A DNA stretch of 64,000 nucleotides from Candidatus Cloacimonadota bacterium (GCA_019454875.1 JACFNL010000001.1:7511-71510), one strand, 5' to 3'; positions 44,998 through 56,053 are shown, counted from the first letter of the stretch. Numbers and translations are program-made. Notes: generated by a model from the letters alone, not told the origin.

Positions 44998-46226
44998 CGA
45001 CGAAGTTTTGGATCCATGGCATCCTGTAAACCCTCGCCTACAAGATTAAACACAGACACAAGAAAAAAGATGGCCATACCGGGAGCCAGAATCAGCCAGA
45101 GTTTAAACTCCTGCCTTCCCTGAGATAAAATTTCTCCCCAGGAAGGAGCAGATAAATCCCCTAGACCCAGAAATGATAGAGAAGATTCAATCAGAATGGA
45201 GGAGGCAATTCCAAAAATGGCAGTCACAATCACCGGTCCTAAAGCATTAGGCAGAACATGATAAAAAATAACCCTGCCCCTGCTGAACCCCAAAGCAATC
45301 GCGGCCTGCACATAATCCATGTTTTTTAATTTCAGAAACTCGGCCCGTACAAGGCGGGCTACTTCTGGCCAGCGGGTAAACCCAATGATCAGCATGACAT
45401 GAAAGATGGATTTGTTTTCAATCAGGGCTGAAAGAGTCAGAATCAGAAAAAAGGTCGGAAAACACAGCATAATTTCAATGGCCCTGGAGATCACCAAATC
45501 CCAGGCCCCACCAAAAAATCCAGCCAGGGCACCAAGGACAATCCCAATAAAAATGTAAATAGATACGGCAATAATACCAATGGTTAAAGAAATTCTGGTT
45601 CCATACACCATTCTGGCAAAAATGTCCCGACCTTCTTTATCCGTGCCCAACATGTGTCTTTGACCAGGAGCTTGTGGGTGTCCCCCTTCCAGGTTTGTAT
45701 CACGATAGGAAAGATCACGCAAAGGCCAGTAGCTTTCGACGAACTCCCCCTGTTTTCTGGCCTCAACTACGGTACTGACCCAGTCCTTGTAGGTTTCCTG
45801 ATGTGGGTAGAACTGATGATAAAAAAAGAATCCCACCGAAACAATCCCGTAAGCCAGCATCAACCGGCCCCCAAATTCAAAAAAGTCATGGCCAAACAGC
45901 AGTACCCTGCCAAAGATCATGATTAGAAGAATCGGGAATAGAAACATCTGAAGGTTAAAAAATAAATCAACCCCGTTTTCGTAAAGATTACGGTCAAAAA
46001 GGCTGGAGAAAAACGGATAGTGGACCTGTGCGCCGATTCTTACATAAAACGGTTTGCTTGAGGCCAGAACAGGAGCATAAATGGCAATAGCCAATAAAAC
46101 CAGAATGCACCAGAGTCCAAATATTGCCAGCTTGTTTTTACTGAACTGCTGCCAGACCAGGGTCCAGTAGCTGATCTTCTGCTCATCTTCAAGCACTGTG
46201 GATTGTGGCATAACAACATCACTCAT
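44994..46226 (-). CDS. Peptide ABC permease (OppC/DppC-like), locus 2
   Basis: Start set at the ATG at 46226 (AAGGA 6 nt upstream, overlapping the upstream stop as ATGAGTGA); the ORF track starts at 46247. Extended N-terminal periplasmic region, then the BPD-type TM core. Confidence 0.8.
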   Translation of the reverse strand: MSDVVMPQSTVLEDEQKISYWTLVWQQFSKNKLAIFGLWCILVLLAIAIYAPVLASSKPFYVRIGAQVHYPFFSSLFDRNLYENGVDLFFNLQMFLFPILLIMIFGRVLLFGHDFFEFGGRLMLAYGIVSVGFFFYHQFYPHQETYKDWVSTVVEARKQGEFVESYWPLRDLSYRDTNLEGGHPQAPGQRHMLGTDKEGRDIFARMVYGTRISLTIGIIAVSIYIFIGIVLGALAGFFGGAWDLVISRAIEIMLCFPTFFLILTLSALIENKSIFHVMLIIGFTRWPEVARLVRAEFLKLKNMDYVQAAIALGFSRGRVIFYHVLPNALGPVIVTAIFGIASSILIESSLSFLGLGDLSAPSWGEILSQGRQEFKLWLILAPGMAIFFLVSVFNLVGEGLQDAMDPKLRR

Positions 46227-47700
46227 AAGAAATCCTTGGATCCACAATGCAGTAAAGAATATCAGAAATCAAAAGCCCAATCAGGGTCAAAACAGCAGAA
46301 ATCAACTGGATGGCCATTACCATATTGTAATCCCTCAGTTTGACTGCATTGTAGGATTCCAGGCCAATCCCTGGAATATTAAAAATCACCTCGATAATCA
46401 CAGAACCACTCACAACTGTAGGTAAAATTGTACCCAGAAGGGTGAGGATGGGGATCAGTCCATTTCTGACTGCATGTTTAAAAATCACCACAAACTCATG
46501 CAGGCCCTTGGCTCGAGCCGTTTTGACATAGTCGGCATGAATCACATCCATCAATCCTGCCCTGGCGTAACGGGAAATGGAGGCCAGTGAAACATAAGTC
46601 AGACAGATAAGTGGTAAAACCAGATGCCAGGCAATGTCAAAAAGCCTTTCTAGGGTTGTCAGATTGTAAGCCGTAATGGACTGGTAACCACCGGTTGGAA
46701 ACCATTTGAAATATTCGCCCCCTTCTGAAAAATAGAACAGAAGCAGGGTTCCCACAAAAAATGTAGGCAGAGAGTAAAGCATAAACAGAGTAACTGTTAA
46801 TCCCTGGTCCAGAAGGCTTTTGGGCCTGACGGCAGAATAAATCCCAATTGGAATGGCAATCAGATATGCCAGAAAAATGGATAGAGTGGACAGAACCACG
46901 GAATACCCCAACCTGTCCATAATCTTTGGCAAAACGGGGCGTTTATCCACATGCGATATGCCAAAGTCCAAGGTAATGAGGTTTTTCATGTAATAAGCAA
47001 AACGGGTTTCAAACAGCACCTGACGCATCTGGTTAAGAAAACTGTAATCCCATCGTTCCGATACGGAGTGGTAATAGGCCAAAACCTTGTCTCTTAACTC
47101 CTGCACCTCCTGATCCGTCATGCTTGCCTGATAGACCAGAAGAGCAATGCGGCGGTTTTCAGCCTCAATTTCTCGGTTTTCAAGCCTTTGATCCTCACTC
47201 AGCTGCTTGCCATATACATGGATTAACGGAAGCCTGGCATTTCTGGAGAATATGGACAGCGCCTCCCTTACTGTTTTTGGATTATCTGAATACTGAATCA
47301 AACGGGCCAGTTGGGGAATGATCGAATTACCGTAGTCCTCCAGTGCCTCAATTGCCCAGACCATTTCTTTGGTGGGATGTTTTCTTCCGGTATTGATTGC
47401 CTTATCCAGAAGTTCTTCCACATCCTGAGGGGAAATACCTATACGAAAACCGGTAAATGGTATGGAAATGGAATTCTCCATAAAAAACCGCAAATTCAGA
47501 ATGACTGGCTTGTCCAGATGAAACTGCTGTTTAAAAATCATAAAACCAGCCTGCTGGGTCTGATTTGCTGATTCTGAATCCACTACAGCCGGACCACCTG
47601 GTTTACCAGGGGCAAGCTGCAGAATGACAAAAACTACCAGAGTAATCAGAAACAAGGTCGGGATCATGACCAGAACCCGCTTGAATATATATTGTTTCAT
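46219..47700 (-). CDS. Peptide ABC permease (OppB/DppB-like) with a large ~150-aa periplasmic insertion, locus 2
   Basis: The N-terminus MKQYIFKRVLVMIPTLFLITLVVFVILQLAPGKPG is OppB-like. A long insertion precedes the conserved TM core. Total length 493 aa, against ~300-340 aa for typical OppB. Confidence 0.8.
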   Translation of the reverse strand: MKQYIFKRVLVMIPTLFLITLVVFVILQLAPGKPGGPAVVDSESANQTQQAGFMIFKQQFHLDKPVILNLRFFMENSISIPFTGFRIGISPQDVEELLDKAINTGRKHPTKEMVWAIEALEDYGNSIIPQLARLIQYSDNPKTVREALSIFSRNARLPLIHVYGKQLSEDQRLENREIEAENRRIALLVYQASMTDQEVQELRDKVLAYYHSVSERWDYSFLNQMRQVLFETRFAYYMKNLITLDFGISHVDKRPVLPKIMDRLGYSVVLSTLSIFLAYLIAIPIGIYSAVRPKSLLDQGLTVTLFMLYSLPTFFVGTLLLFYFSEGGEYFKWFPTGGYQSITAYNLTTLERLFDIAWHLVLPLICLTYVSLASISRYARAGLMDVIHADYVKTARAKGLHEFVVIFKHAVRNGLIPILTLLGTILPTVVSGSVIIEVIFNIPGIGLESYNAVKLRDYNMVMAIQLISAVLTLIGLLISDILYCIVDPRISYE

Positions 47701-49649
47701 GGCTGTAAATACCAGTTCAGAGTTTTTACATGGGGCCTGAAAGGCTGAAAATTAACATTTTTTAATCTTGGCTGATTCACATAAACAGACTTTTCCGAAT
47801 ACATAAACAAATAAGGTTGTTCCTCATGTAAAATTTTATGAAATTTGTGCTGCAAGCGGATTCTTTCCTCTGGATCAAAAGTCTCCCTCAACAACTCGAT
47901 AATCTGATCCGCCTCTTTGTTACGAAACCCAATCCTGTTAGAGCTTTTGGGTAAATCTGCCTGAGATGAATGCCATATCTGATAAGGATCCCCATCAAAG
48001 TCAAGCCCCCAGCCACCAGTAAAGGAAACAAATTCCCTCTCCTCCATCTTCTTTAGCATCACAGACCATTCTGTTGCCTGCAGGTTGCAGACCACCCCAA
48101 TCTTATAAAGGTCTTCCTTAAAGATAGTGGCCCAGGAACGAATTTCTGGCCTGTGTCCATAAACCAGCATTGGAAACTCGAACCGCTTAAGTTCTCCATT
48201 GATCATTTTGTCCCTGACCCCATCTCCGTCAGTATCCTTCCAGCCCGCCTCATCTAAAAGCCGGGCGGCCTTACCTAGATCATAATCATGGGCCACAATA
48301 GTATTGTCATAGGCAGGAGAAAATCGAAAAAAGTTGCCTGTAGTCAGTGTGGCCAGATCATGTAAAACATTTTTGATAATCTGCTTTCGGTTCATGGCAT
48401 GAGTCATAGCCGTTCGGACCCGCTTGTCCTCAAAAAGATAATGATCCATGTTCCAGCCAATGTAGCGGTAAACCATTTCATTGACAGAATTGACCTGATA
48501 GTCACCATTTCTATAAGGACTTGACTCCAGGGAATCAAGAATCTTTTCCCTGTACTGGGAAACAGGTAATTCATGAATGTCCAAAACCCCACTTTGAAAT
48601 CTTAAAAGCTGTTGATTTTTATCCTGAATCAGATGATAAGTGATGTTTTTGATGGGAGGCAATTCTCCAATCCATTCATCAAACCTCTGAAGAACAATCG
48701 CAACTCCTGGCTCCCAGCGCACAAAGGCATAAGGCCCACAGCCAATGGCCCGATTGTTGTACCAGTGCTCATTAAACTTAAGACCAGCGGTTTCTTTAGG
48801 AAATGCCCGCCCGTCCTCATCATTGGCATAAAGCCATTTTGGAGTCGGCCACAAACCAATCGTAAAGTTTACCGACTGATAGGTCTTTTTCTTCCAGCGA
48901 ATGATAAAAACCCTGTCATTCACCACCTTGACATACTCTATATCCTGATAATAATTGGCAAGATGAGAAGCTTGAACCATAGGGTCCATAATCAGATCAA
49001 TTGTGTATTTAAAATCATCCGCAGTAACAAACTGATCTTTTTTCAGCCATTCATACCGTGGGTTACTATAGTCAACTACAGGTTTATGCCATTTTAAGCC
49101 GTCTTTTAAATAGATCGTATATTCACGGAAATCATCAGTGATTTCGATGCGATCTGCCAGGACACCATAAAATCTGGATGGGTCTCTTGAAGAACGAAGC
49201 CCAAGAGATGGATTCACATACTCCCGAATGTCTTCACTGACATCGGCCGCATTTTCCAGTAAAAAATTCATCCCCTTGGGATCTGCTCCTACAAAACCAT
49301 ATACCTTATGATAGTGCCCTTCCATATTGGCATCAGCAGGAGCAGGCTCCGGTGGTAACCCATCAAGAAAATTAGGAGAGCCTGGATTTAGGGAAACAAT
49401 CGCGCCTCGGGCCGCAGTTTGAGTCCCATCCCTGGCTTCAACACCAGATGCCCGAATCCGATCCTCCATCTGTCTTAAACTCAATTGCAGCTTGGATAGA
49501 TTTCCCTGAATCTGATCATTTTGAATCCCTAGCTGAACCATTCTGGATTCCATGTTGTTGATCTGTAATGTCAACAAAGATAAAAACCCCAAACATCCCA
49601 AGGCCAGGACAACCCTCAAAGCCACTGTACTTAACGATTCTTTCTTCAT
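47697..49649 (-). CDS. Peptide ABC substrate-binding protein (SBP family 5), locus 2
   Basis: 650 aa, N-terminal signal anchor. Family-5 SBP fold; it overlaps the downstream permease by 4 nt. Confidence 0.8.
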   Translation of the reverse strand: MKKESLSTVALRVVLALGCLGFLSLLTLQINNMESRMVQLGIQNDQIQGNLSKLQLSLRQMEDRIRASGVEARDGTQTAARGAIVSLNPGSPNFLDGLPPEPAPADANMEGHYHKVYGFVGADPKGMNFLLENAADVSEDIREYVNPSLGLRSSRDPSRFYGVLADRIEITDDFREYTIYLKDGLKWHKPVVDYSNPRYEWLKKDQFVTADDFKYTIDLIMDPMVQASHLANYYQDIEYVKVVNDRVFIIRWKKKTYQSVNFTIGLWPTPKWLYANDEDGRAFPKETAGLKFNEHWYNNRAIGCGPYAFVRWEPGVAIVLQRFDEWIGELPPIKNITYHLIQDKNQQLLRFQSGVLDIHELPVSQYREKILDSLESSPYRNGDYQVNSVNEMVYRYIGWNMDHYLFEDKRVRTAMTHAMNRKQIIKNVLHDLATLTTGNFFRFSPAYDNTIVAHDYDLGKAARLLDEAGWKDTDGDGVRDKMINGELKRFEFPMLVYGHRPEIRSWATIFKEDLYKIGVVCNLQATEWSVMLKKMEEREFVSFTGGWGLDFDGDPYQIWHSSQADLPKSSNRIGFRNKEADQIIELLRETFDPEERIRLQHKFHKILHEEQPYLFMYSEKSVYVNQPRLKNVNFQPFRPHVKTLNWYLQP

Positions 49650-49655
49650 ATTTGC

Positions 49656-50657
49656 CTACTCAGCTTCCTCAACAAATGGACAGGCAACCTTACGACCTGA
49701 TGCTAACAAACGAAGTTCCGGTGCTGCCTCAGCACAACTGGCCTGAGCCAGTGGACAGCGGGTTCTGAATCCGCAGCCTGAGGGCTTATTGGTGGGCGAA
49801 GGTACATCCCCCTGAAGAATGATCCTCTGCTTCTTTTCAGCCCGGGGATCAGCCATTGGGGTTGCCGACAACAGGGCTTTGGTATAGGGATGCACAGGAT
49901 GATTGTAAACCTGCTCCGCATCTCCTAATTCCACCATGTTACCCAGATACATGACGGCAATTCTGGAAGAAATGTGTTTCACCACAGACAGACCATGAGC
50001 AATAAAAATGTAGGTAAGTCCAAACTCCTCCTGCAGATCCATCATCAGATTAATTACCTGGGCCTGAACGGATACATCCAATGCAGATACCGGCTCATCG
50101 GCTATAATGAGTTTGGGATTGGTTGACAAAGCCCTGGCAATACCAATCCTTTGCCTCTGCCCACCAGAAAACTCATGGGGATAACGCATTGCCTGATCTT
50201 TTCTTAAACCAACCTTGTCCAAAAGGTAATGCACTGCATCTTCCCTTGCCTTCTGGTTCATTTCGGGGCAATGAATCAAAAGTGGTTCAGATATAATGTC
50301 CATGACCGTCATTCTAGGATTCATACTGGAATAAGGGTCCTGAAAGATCATCTGAATTTCGGAACGGTAAGGTCGCATTGCATCCCTGTCCAGTTCCAGA
50401 AGATCCACTTTACCTCGTTCCGAGTGAAATATGACCTGACCAGCAGTCGGTTCATTCAGACGAATAATGCAGCGGCCCGTGGTGGACTTACCGCAGCCGG
50501 ATTCCCCAACCAGACCCAGGGTTTCACCTTTAATTACATCAAAGTTGATTCCATCCAGGGCCTTGACATGACCAACAACCCGACTGAACACTCCCCCAGT
50601 GATTGGAAAGTGCATTTTCAGACCTTTAACTTCAAGAACTTTTTCTTTTGTTTGCAT
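49656..50657 (-). CDS. Peptide ABC transporter ATP-binding protein (OppF/DppF-like), locus 1
   Basis: [29 protein letters not shown], and a C-terminal Cys-rich tail. Confidence 0.88.
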   Translation of the reverse strand: MQTKEKVLEVKGLKMHFPITGGVFSRVVGHVKALDGINFDVIKGETLGLVGESGCGKSTTGRCIIRLNEPTAGQVIFHSERGKVDLLELDRDAMRPYRSEIQMIFQDPYSSMNPRMTVMDIISEPLLIHCPEMNQKAREDAVHYLLDKVGLRKDQAMRYPHEFSGGQRQRIGIARALSTNPKLIIADEPVSALDVSVQAQVINLMMDLQEEFGLTYIFIAHGLSVVKHISSRIAVMYLGNMVELGDAEQVYNHPVHPYTKALLSATPMADPRAEKKQRIILQGDVPSPTNKPSGCGFRTRCPLAQASCAEAAPELRLLASGRKVACPFVEEAE

Positions 50658-51649
50658 CAGGCCTTGGCCTCCTTGCCTGCCTCTAAGTGACAGCGCACCA
50701 TATGTCCTGGGGAAACCTCTATCAGTTCGGGCTCAACCGTCTCACAGATATCTATCTTTTTTTCACATCGGGTACAGAAACGGCATCCCCTGGGTAAGTC
50801 CAGCAAGTTGGGAACAATGCCGGGAATGGCATTTAACCTTTTCTTTTTCTGGGTCGGATTAGGAATGGATTCCAACAATCCCTGGGTGTAGGGATGGCGG
50901 GGATCATAAAAAATCTCATCGGTACTGCCAATTTCTTGAACCTTGCCACAATACATCACCACAATTCTATGGCAGGTTTCCGCCACAACAGCCAAATCAT
51001 GGGTAATCAAAATAATTGCTGAGTCTTTTCTTTCCTCTTTTAACTTAAGCATCAACTCAAGAATCTGGGCCTGAATCGTCACATCCAGAGCCGTTGTGGG
51101 TTCATCGGCGATCAGAAGTTTTGGATTGCAGGCCAGAGCCATAGCAATCATTACCCTCTGTCTCATACCCCCGGAAAACTGATGGGGATAATCCCAAAGT
51201 CTTTGCCTCGGTGACGGGATACCCACCAGTTCAAGCATCCGAACGGCTTTATCTGCGGCATCAACCTTATTCATGCCCTGATGCAGCATAATCGGTTCCA
51301 TAATCTGTTCCCCAATAGTAAACACTGGGTTTAAGGAAGTCATAGGTTCCTGAAAAATCATGGAAATGGAATTCCCACGAATTTTACGCATTTCCTCATA
51401 ACTAAGTTTTAGAAGATCCTTGCCTTCAAATATAAGCTCGCCGCCTACGATATCCCCAGGTGGATTGGGAATCAACCTGAGAATGGAAAGCGAGGTGACT
51501 GACTTTCCAGACCCAGACTCCCCAACCAGACCTAAAACCTCACCTTTTTTTACATCAAAATCCACCCCATCAATGGCTTTAGCAGTTTGACCGCCAACCT
51601 GAAAATGGGTTTGCAGGTTTTTAATCTCAAGAAGTACTTCTTTTTTCAT
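50657..51649 (-). CDS. Peptide ABC transporter ATP-binding protein (OppD/DppD-like), locus 1
   Basis: Start set at the ATG at 51649 (AAGGA 7 nt upstream, just after the permease stop); the ORF track starts at 51691. [17 protein letters not shown], and the C-terminal CRFCTRCE...C motif. Confidence 0.85.
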   Translation of the reverse strand: MKKEVLLEIKNLQTHFQVGGQTAKAIDGVDFDVKKGEVLGLVGESGSGKSVTSLSILRLIPNPPGDIVGGELIFEGKDLLKLSYEEMRKIRGNSISMIFQEPMTSLNPVFTIGEQIMEPIMLHQGMNKVDAADKAVRMLELVGIPSPRQRLWDYPHQFSGGMRQRVMIAMALACNPKLLIADEPTTALDVTIQAQILELMLKLKEERKDSAIILITHDLAVVAETCHRIVVMYCGKVQEIGSTDEIFYDPRHPYTQGLLESIPNPTQKKKRLNAIPGIVPNLLDLPRGCRFCTRCEKKIDICETVEPELIEVSPGHMVRCHLEAGKEAKA

Positions 51650-51659
51650 GGGCATTTCC

Positions 51660-52931
51660 TTAACGCAACCTTGAATACTGCTTGGGATCAAAGGCTTCTC
51701 TTACGGCCTCCCCAATAAACGATACAAGCATAAGAGTAGCAAACAGGCCACCAAGGGGGGCAAACACCAGCCAATAACACTTAAGATATTCCCGCCCCTG
51801 ATTCAGAAGTTCTCCCCAGGAAGGTGTTGGAACTGGTAATCCAAACCCGAGAAAGTCTAAAGACACTAGAGCACTGATATTTCCTACAATGGCAAATGGC
51901 ATAAATGAAATCACGGGAGTCAGTGCGTTTGGAAGGATGTGTCTGAAGATAATGGTTGTGTCTTTGACTCCTATAGATATTGCTGCTGCCACATAGTCCT
52001 TGGCCTTTTCCCGTAAAAACTCCCCCCGGATATAATAGGTCATTCCCATCCACCCAAAGGCTGCCAGCAAAAAAATCAAAAGAACCATCATATGGTTGGT
52101 TTTTACGATGGATACCACAATCATGACCGCAAACAAAAAGGGTATGGCCGACCAGATTTCTACAAATCTCTGCACCACAATATCAAAAAGCCCTCCATAA
52201 TACCCAAGATACCCCCCGACACTCACTCCAATCAGGTAGGACAAAAAGGTAACCACAAGTGCAAATGTCATACTGATCTGAAACCCGTATAACATTCTGG
52301 CAAAAACATCCCTGCCCCGATCATCAGTGCCAAACCAGTGTACCTTATCAGGAGCATGCGGGGGCCTTGCCTCATATTCTTCCAAATTGGACTCATTCGG
52401 AGAATAGGGATAAGGAGCAAGCACCACTTTGTTACCGGAGTTCTGTGCTTCAAAACTCTTTTTGAGACTTCTATACCTGACTGGAGCATCACCTAAAAGC
52501 CCAAAATCACTCTCAAAATAAGTCGATTTGAAGTTAATCAGGTTTCCCACATAATAACCAGCAAAGGAGCGGACTACAGGAAAATAGGACTGCCCCTCAT
52601 AACGGACATACCAGGCCACATCCGTAACCAGAAGAGGTAGAAAAAAGGAGAGGACATAAAGTCCGCTTATAAGAAGAAAAGAATAATAACCGCGCTTCAA
52701 GCTGCGGAATTTATCCGCTCTTCGCTTAATAATCGGAGACTGGAAATACCCTAAAACAGCCTTGTAAAAATCAGGCAAAAGCAAGGGAGAGCGCAGAATT
52801 AAAACCAGGCCATTCCACAAAATCCCAGGTCCATTTTGTACGGCACCGGTCAGTAGTCGCATTGCTCCAAGGCGTAACCCGTCATGCAGGGACAAGACCA
52901 CCAGAATAATTATCAGATCAGCATCAGTCAT
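51660..52931 (-). CDS. Peptide ABC permease (OppC/DppC-like) with an N-terminal extension, locus 1
   Basis: BPD-transporter TM core with an extended N-terminal region (423 aa). Confidence 0.8.
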   Translation of the reverse strand: MTDADLIIILVVLSLHDGLRLGAMRLLTGAVQNGPGILWNGLVLILRSPLLLPDFYKAVLGYFQSPIIKRRADKFRSLKRGYYSFLLISGLYVLSFFLPLLVTDVAWYVRYEGQSYFPVVRSFAGYYVGNLINFKSTYFESDFGLLGDAPVRYRSLKKSFEAQNSGNKVVLAPYPYSPNESNLEEYEARPPHAPDKVHWFGTDDRGRDVFARMLYGFQISMTFALVVTFLSYLIGVSVGGYLGYYGGLFDIVVQRFVEIWSAIPFLFAVMIVVSIVKTNHMMVLLIFLLAAFGWMGMTYYIRGEFLREKAKDYVAAAISIGVKDTTIIFRHILPNALTPVISFMPFAIVGNISALVSLDFLGFGLPVPTPSWGELLNQGREYLKCYWLVFAPLGGLFATLMLVSFIGEAVREAFDPKQYSRLR

Positions 52932-52961
52932 CAGAAGATTCCTTTCCTAGAATTGGTCCAT

Positions 52962-54002
52962 TTATTTAAAACGAATCCGTGGATCTACCAGAGCATAAAT
53001 CAAATCTGATAACAGGTTTCCAATCAAAGCCAGAATGGAAGATATCACCAGAATTCCTAATGTCACCGGATAATCACGACTGATCAGCGATTCAAAACTC
53101 AATAAACCCATACCGTGGATGTCAAAGACCTTCTCAATGAGGTAGGAACCTGCGAGAAGAAATGAAAAGAAGTGCCCCAGGCCAGTGGCCAAAGGTATCA
53201 AGGAGTTTCTGAGTGCGTGCTTAAAGATAGCCTTTTTTTCAGAAAGCCCTTTGGCAAATGCTGTTCTGACATAATCCTGACCGAGATTTTCCATCAGGGA
53301 ATTTTTCATCAGAACCGTGGTTGTGGCAAAAGACCCCATCATGTAACAAAAAACCGGTAACACGGCATGATGAAATTTATCTGCCACCCGACCCCAGAAG
53401 TCCAAATCATGATAGTTCATGGACTGCATTCCTCCTAAAGGGAATACATTGTAATAGGATCCGCCACCAAACAGAACCAGAAGTACTACCCCAGCAGCCC
53501 AGCCTGGAATGGAATACCCAACAAACACCAGAATTGAACTGGCCCAGTCAAAACCCTGTCCGTGTTTTGTGGCCTTCATCACTCCTAGAGGCACACAGAC
53601 CAGATAAGAAAGCACAAATCCAATACCTCCAAAAAACATGGAAACCGGAAAACGGGAACTGATTACATCCCATACTGGTTTCTGGTATGAATAGGATTCC
53701 CCCAAATCAAACTGCAAGACCTTAACAAACCAGTCAAGGTAGGCTATATGAAATGGCTTATCAAATCCGTAGATTCTTTTTAGTTCTTCCACCATCTCGG
53801 CTGAAACCTCACCAGTGGAATTACTGCTGCCTCCCGAGGCGACTTCACCTCCACCTCCACCCATCATGGCTGCTTTGTATTGCATGATGGCCTGCTCCAC
53901 GGGACCACCGGGAACAAAACGCATGACGGCAAAACAAATGAAGGTAATTCCAATAAAAGTCGGAATCATTAACAACATTCTGCGCAGGATATATGTAGCC
54001 AA
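52962..54002 (-). CDS. Peptide ABC permease (OppB/DppB-like) with a Gly-rich loop insertion, locus 1
   Basis: The N-terminus MATYILRRMLLMIPTFIGITFICFAV is OppB-like. It carries the insertion MMGGGGGEVASGGSSNSTGEV. Confidence 0.82.
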   Translation of the reverse strand: MATYILRRMLLMIPTFIGITFICFAVMRFVPGGPVEQAIMQYKAAMMGGGGGEVASGGSSNSTGEVSAEMVEELKRIYGFDKPFHIAYLDWFVKVLQFDLGESYSYQKPVWDVISSRFPVSMFFGGIGFVLSYLVCVPLGVMKATKHGQGFDWASSILVFVGYSIPGWAAGVVLLVLFGGGSYYNVFPLGGMQSMNYHDLDFWGRVADKFHHAVLPVFCYMMGSFATTTVLMKNSLMENLGQDYVRTAFAKGLSEKKAIFKHALRNSLIPLATGLGHFFSFLLAGSYLIEKVFDIHGMGLLSFESLISRDYPVTLGILVISSILALIGNLLSDLIYALVDPRIRFK

Positions 54003-54035
54003 AATTACTCCTTAAGTCAGAGGTTGTATGAATTT

Positions 54036-55976
54036 CTATTGAAATCCACGGATTTCAATTGGTTTTCGTGGCAGCTTGGAATTGTTGGCACGGGCCTGCT
54101 TTAAAGACTCAGCAAGCTCTGGTTCGTACCACCACAGACGCATTACATCCCTGTAGTCCCCGGTTCTGGTAAGCACTGTATCAGGCATACCAAACTTGTT
54201 CCAATACACCAGTCTTTCGGCTGGTGAGTACCAGGCAAAAGCCCAGATGTACTCATTGGTAATAATATTATCCATTTCCTTTAAAAGATGGACTCGCTTG
54301 GATGCGTCAAACTCAACCCTGTACTGTTCCAGAATTTCATCGACTCTGGAGTTCTTAAAGCCCCAGCGATTTCCCGAGTCATTCTGATCGGCAAACTTGG
54401 AATGGTAGGCAGACTCTGGATTTGGAAACAGCTGGCCCACAAAAGCACCATAATTTAATGAAAAATTGCGTTCTCCCACCTCTTTAATATTGGTGGCCCA
54501 GGTAACTTCCTTCAAACTAAGCTTGATGCCTACATTGCGTAAATCTTCCTGAAAAATGGTAAAAAATCGTTCGCCCCCGCCCTTTATGTAGGCAAGTTCC
54601 ACATCAATAATTTTTCCATCCTTCTCAAGATAACCCTGAGAATTCTTGTTTACCCAGCCAGAGGCAGCCAAAGCCTCACGGGCAAGCTCAGGATTATAAC
54701 GAATCTTGGGCACCTTATCGCCTTTATAGGGAGAGTTCTCAAAAATGGAATCAATGTGGGCGTACTCATTAAACATAAGCTTGTCCATCATCATGTCACG
54801 ATTCCAAAGATAGGCAAATGCCTTTCTGATATTAATATCGTCAAATGGGAATTTACGAATGTTAAAAGAAAAACCCTGAGATCCGGTTGCTTTAAAGTTA
54901 TATACCTTATGCCTTTGAACCCAGCCATTCTGTGAAGCCGGAAATTCCATTTCTTCAACCCAGCGACGGGCATAATTAATAGGCAGATAATCAAACTCTC
55001 CAGCCTTAAATTTTTCCCAGGTCAACTCCTCGTCCTTAACAAATACAAACTCCAGGCGATCAAAGTTATTCATGCCAGTGCTGAAGCGTTTTTTCTCAGC
55101 CCAGTAGTTTTTTCGCTTTCCAAAAATAATCCTTTGGGGCTGCTCAGCCTGCACTAGCTCATAAGGCCCGCTGCCTAAAATCATTTTGGAATTGTAACGA
55201 CTCAAAAACTCCTTACCGGTTAAATCACGCAGCACATGTTCCGGGAAAATAAAAAGAGCTGAGGCTGCATATAAAAAATTCTGCCACCCCATGCCCTTGG
55301 CTTTCATCATAACCACGGAATCATTTAAGGCCACTGGCCTCTCAAACCGTCTCCAGAAATCATTGTTAAACGGATCTTCAATGCCACTGTCGGTTAACAG
55401 ATCCCATGTGGCAACAACATCCTGAGCCCTTACAGGCTTGTTATCAGCCCAGCGGGCTTCCGAATCAATTGAAAAGTAGAAGGTCTGCTTGTCCTCACCA
55501 ACGGACCACTGGTTGGCAAGACCGGGATAATAATAAAACGGATCGGCGTTATAACCCAGAAGTGGCTCATAAACCAGTCCCTGAATCATGGTCAGATTGG
55601 CATCACTGGAGTTTCTGCCAATCGTTCTAAGAGTAGGGGGATAGGCCTGGCTAACCCAGCGAAAACTACCACCCTTTTTGGCCTTGGGATCTCCTGTTAT
55701 CTCGTAATCATCCTTGGTTTCCCACTTAATATTGGCAAGCATTTCATTGCGGGTTTCAGCACTGAGCCCACCAAAATAATCTTTGGAAGGGGCCGCTTGC
55801 ACAACAGCCACAGCAGCAGCCGATGCAGCCGATTCAGCAACAATCTTTACCTCTTCTCTTTGAACCGCAACATTGGTGCCTAATAGTCCAAAACGATTTG
55901 AAAACCACAAGAGTGCAAAGCCCAATACAATCGACTTCCAACCCACCCAACCTGGATCGTGCTGTGTTTGATTCAT
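54036..55976 (-). CDS. Peptide ABC substrate-binding protein (SBP family 5), locus 1
   Basis: 646 aa, N-terminal signal anchor, with GAAGGA 7 nt upstream of the ATG. Family-5 SBP fold. Confidence 0.8.
   Translation of the reverse strand: MNQTQHDPGWVGWKSIVLGFALLWFSNRFGLLGTNVAVQREEVKIVAESAASAAAVAVVQAAPSKDYFGGLSAETRNEMLANIKWETKDDYEITGDPKAKKGGSFRWVSQAYPPTLRTIGRNSSDANLTMIQGLVYEPLLGYNADPFYYYPGLANQWSVGEDKQTFYFSIDSEARWADNKPVRAQDVVATWDLLTDSGIEDPFNNDFWRRFERPVALNDSVVMMKAKGMGWQNFLYAASALFIFPEHVLRDLTGKEFLSRYNSKMILGSGPYELVQAEQPQRIIFGKRKNYWAEKKRFSTGMNNFDRLEFVFVKDEELTWEKFKAGEFDYLPINYARRWVEEMEFPASQNGWVQRHKVYNFKATGSQGFSFNIRKFPFDDINIRKAFAYLWNRDMMMDKLMFNEYAHIDSIFENSPYKGDKVPKIRYNPELAREALAASGWVNKNSQGYLEKDGKIIDVELAYIKGGGERFFTIFQEDLRNVGIKLSLKEVTWATNIKEVGERNFSLNYGAFVGQLFPNPESAYHSKFADQNDSGNRWGFKNSRVDEILEQYRVEFDASKRVHLLKEMDNIITNEYIWAFAWYSPAERLVYWNKFGMPDTVLTRTGDYRDVMRLWWYEPELAESLKQARANNSKLPRKPIEIRGFQ
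54038..54059 (-). other. Perfect 10-bp inverted repeat (mRNA hairpin) at the 3' end of the locus-1 SBP gene
   Basis: ATTGAAATCC-ac-GGATTTCAAT. It spans the last 7 codons and the stop of the SBP ORF, with no U-tract following. It lies between the SBP gene and the first permease gene. Confidence 0.45.
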
Positions 55977-56024
55977 GTCCGTCCTTCAGTGCCAAAACCT
56001 GTTCTACAACTATTCTGAAGGATC

Positions 56025-56053
56025 ATGTTATGCGAAGCCGGGGGTCCAGTCAA
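56025..56053 (-). promoter_or_regulatory. Candidate sigma70-type promoter for the locus-1 Opp operon
   Basis: On the minus strand: TTGACT (56053-56048), a 17-nt spacer, then TAACAT (56030-56025). This leaves a leader of about 45 nt carrying GAAGGA. Confidence 0.3.
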
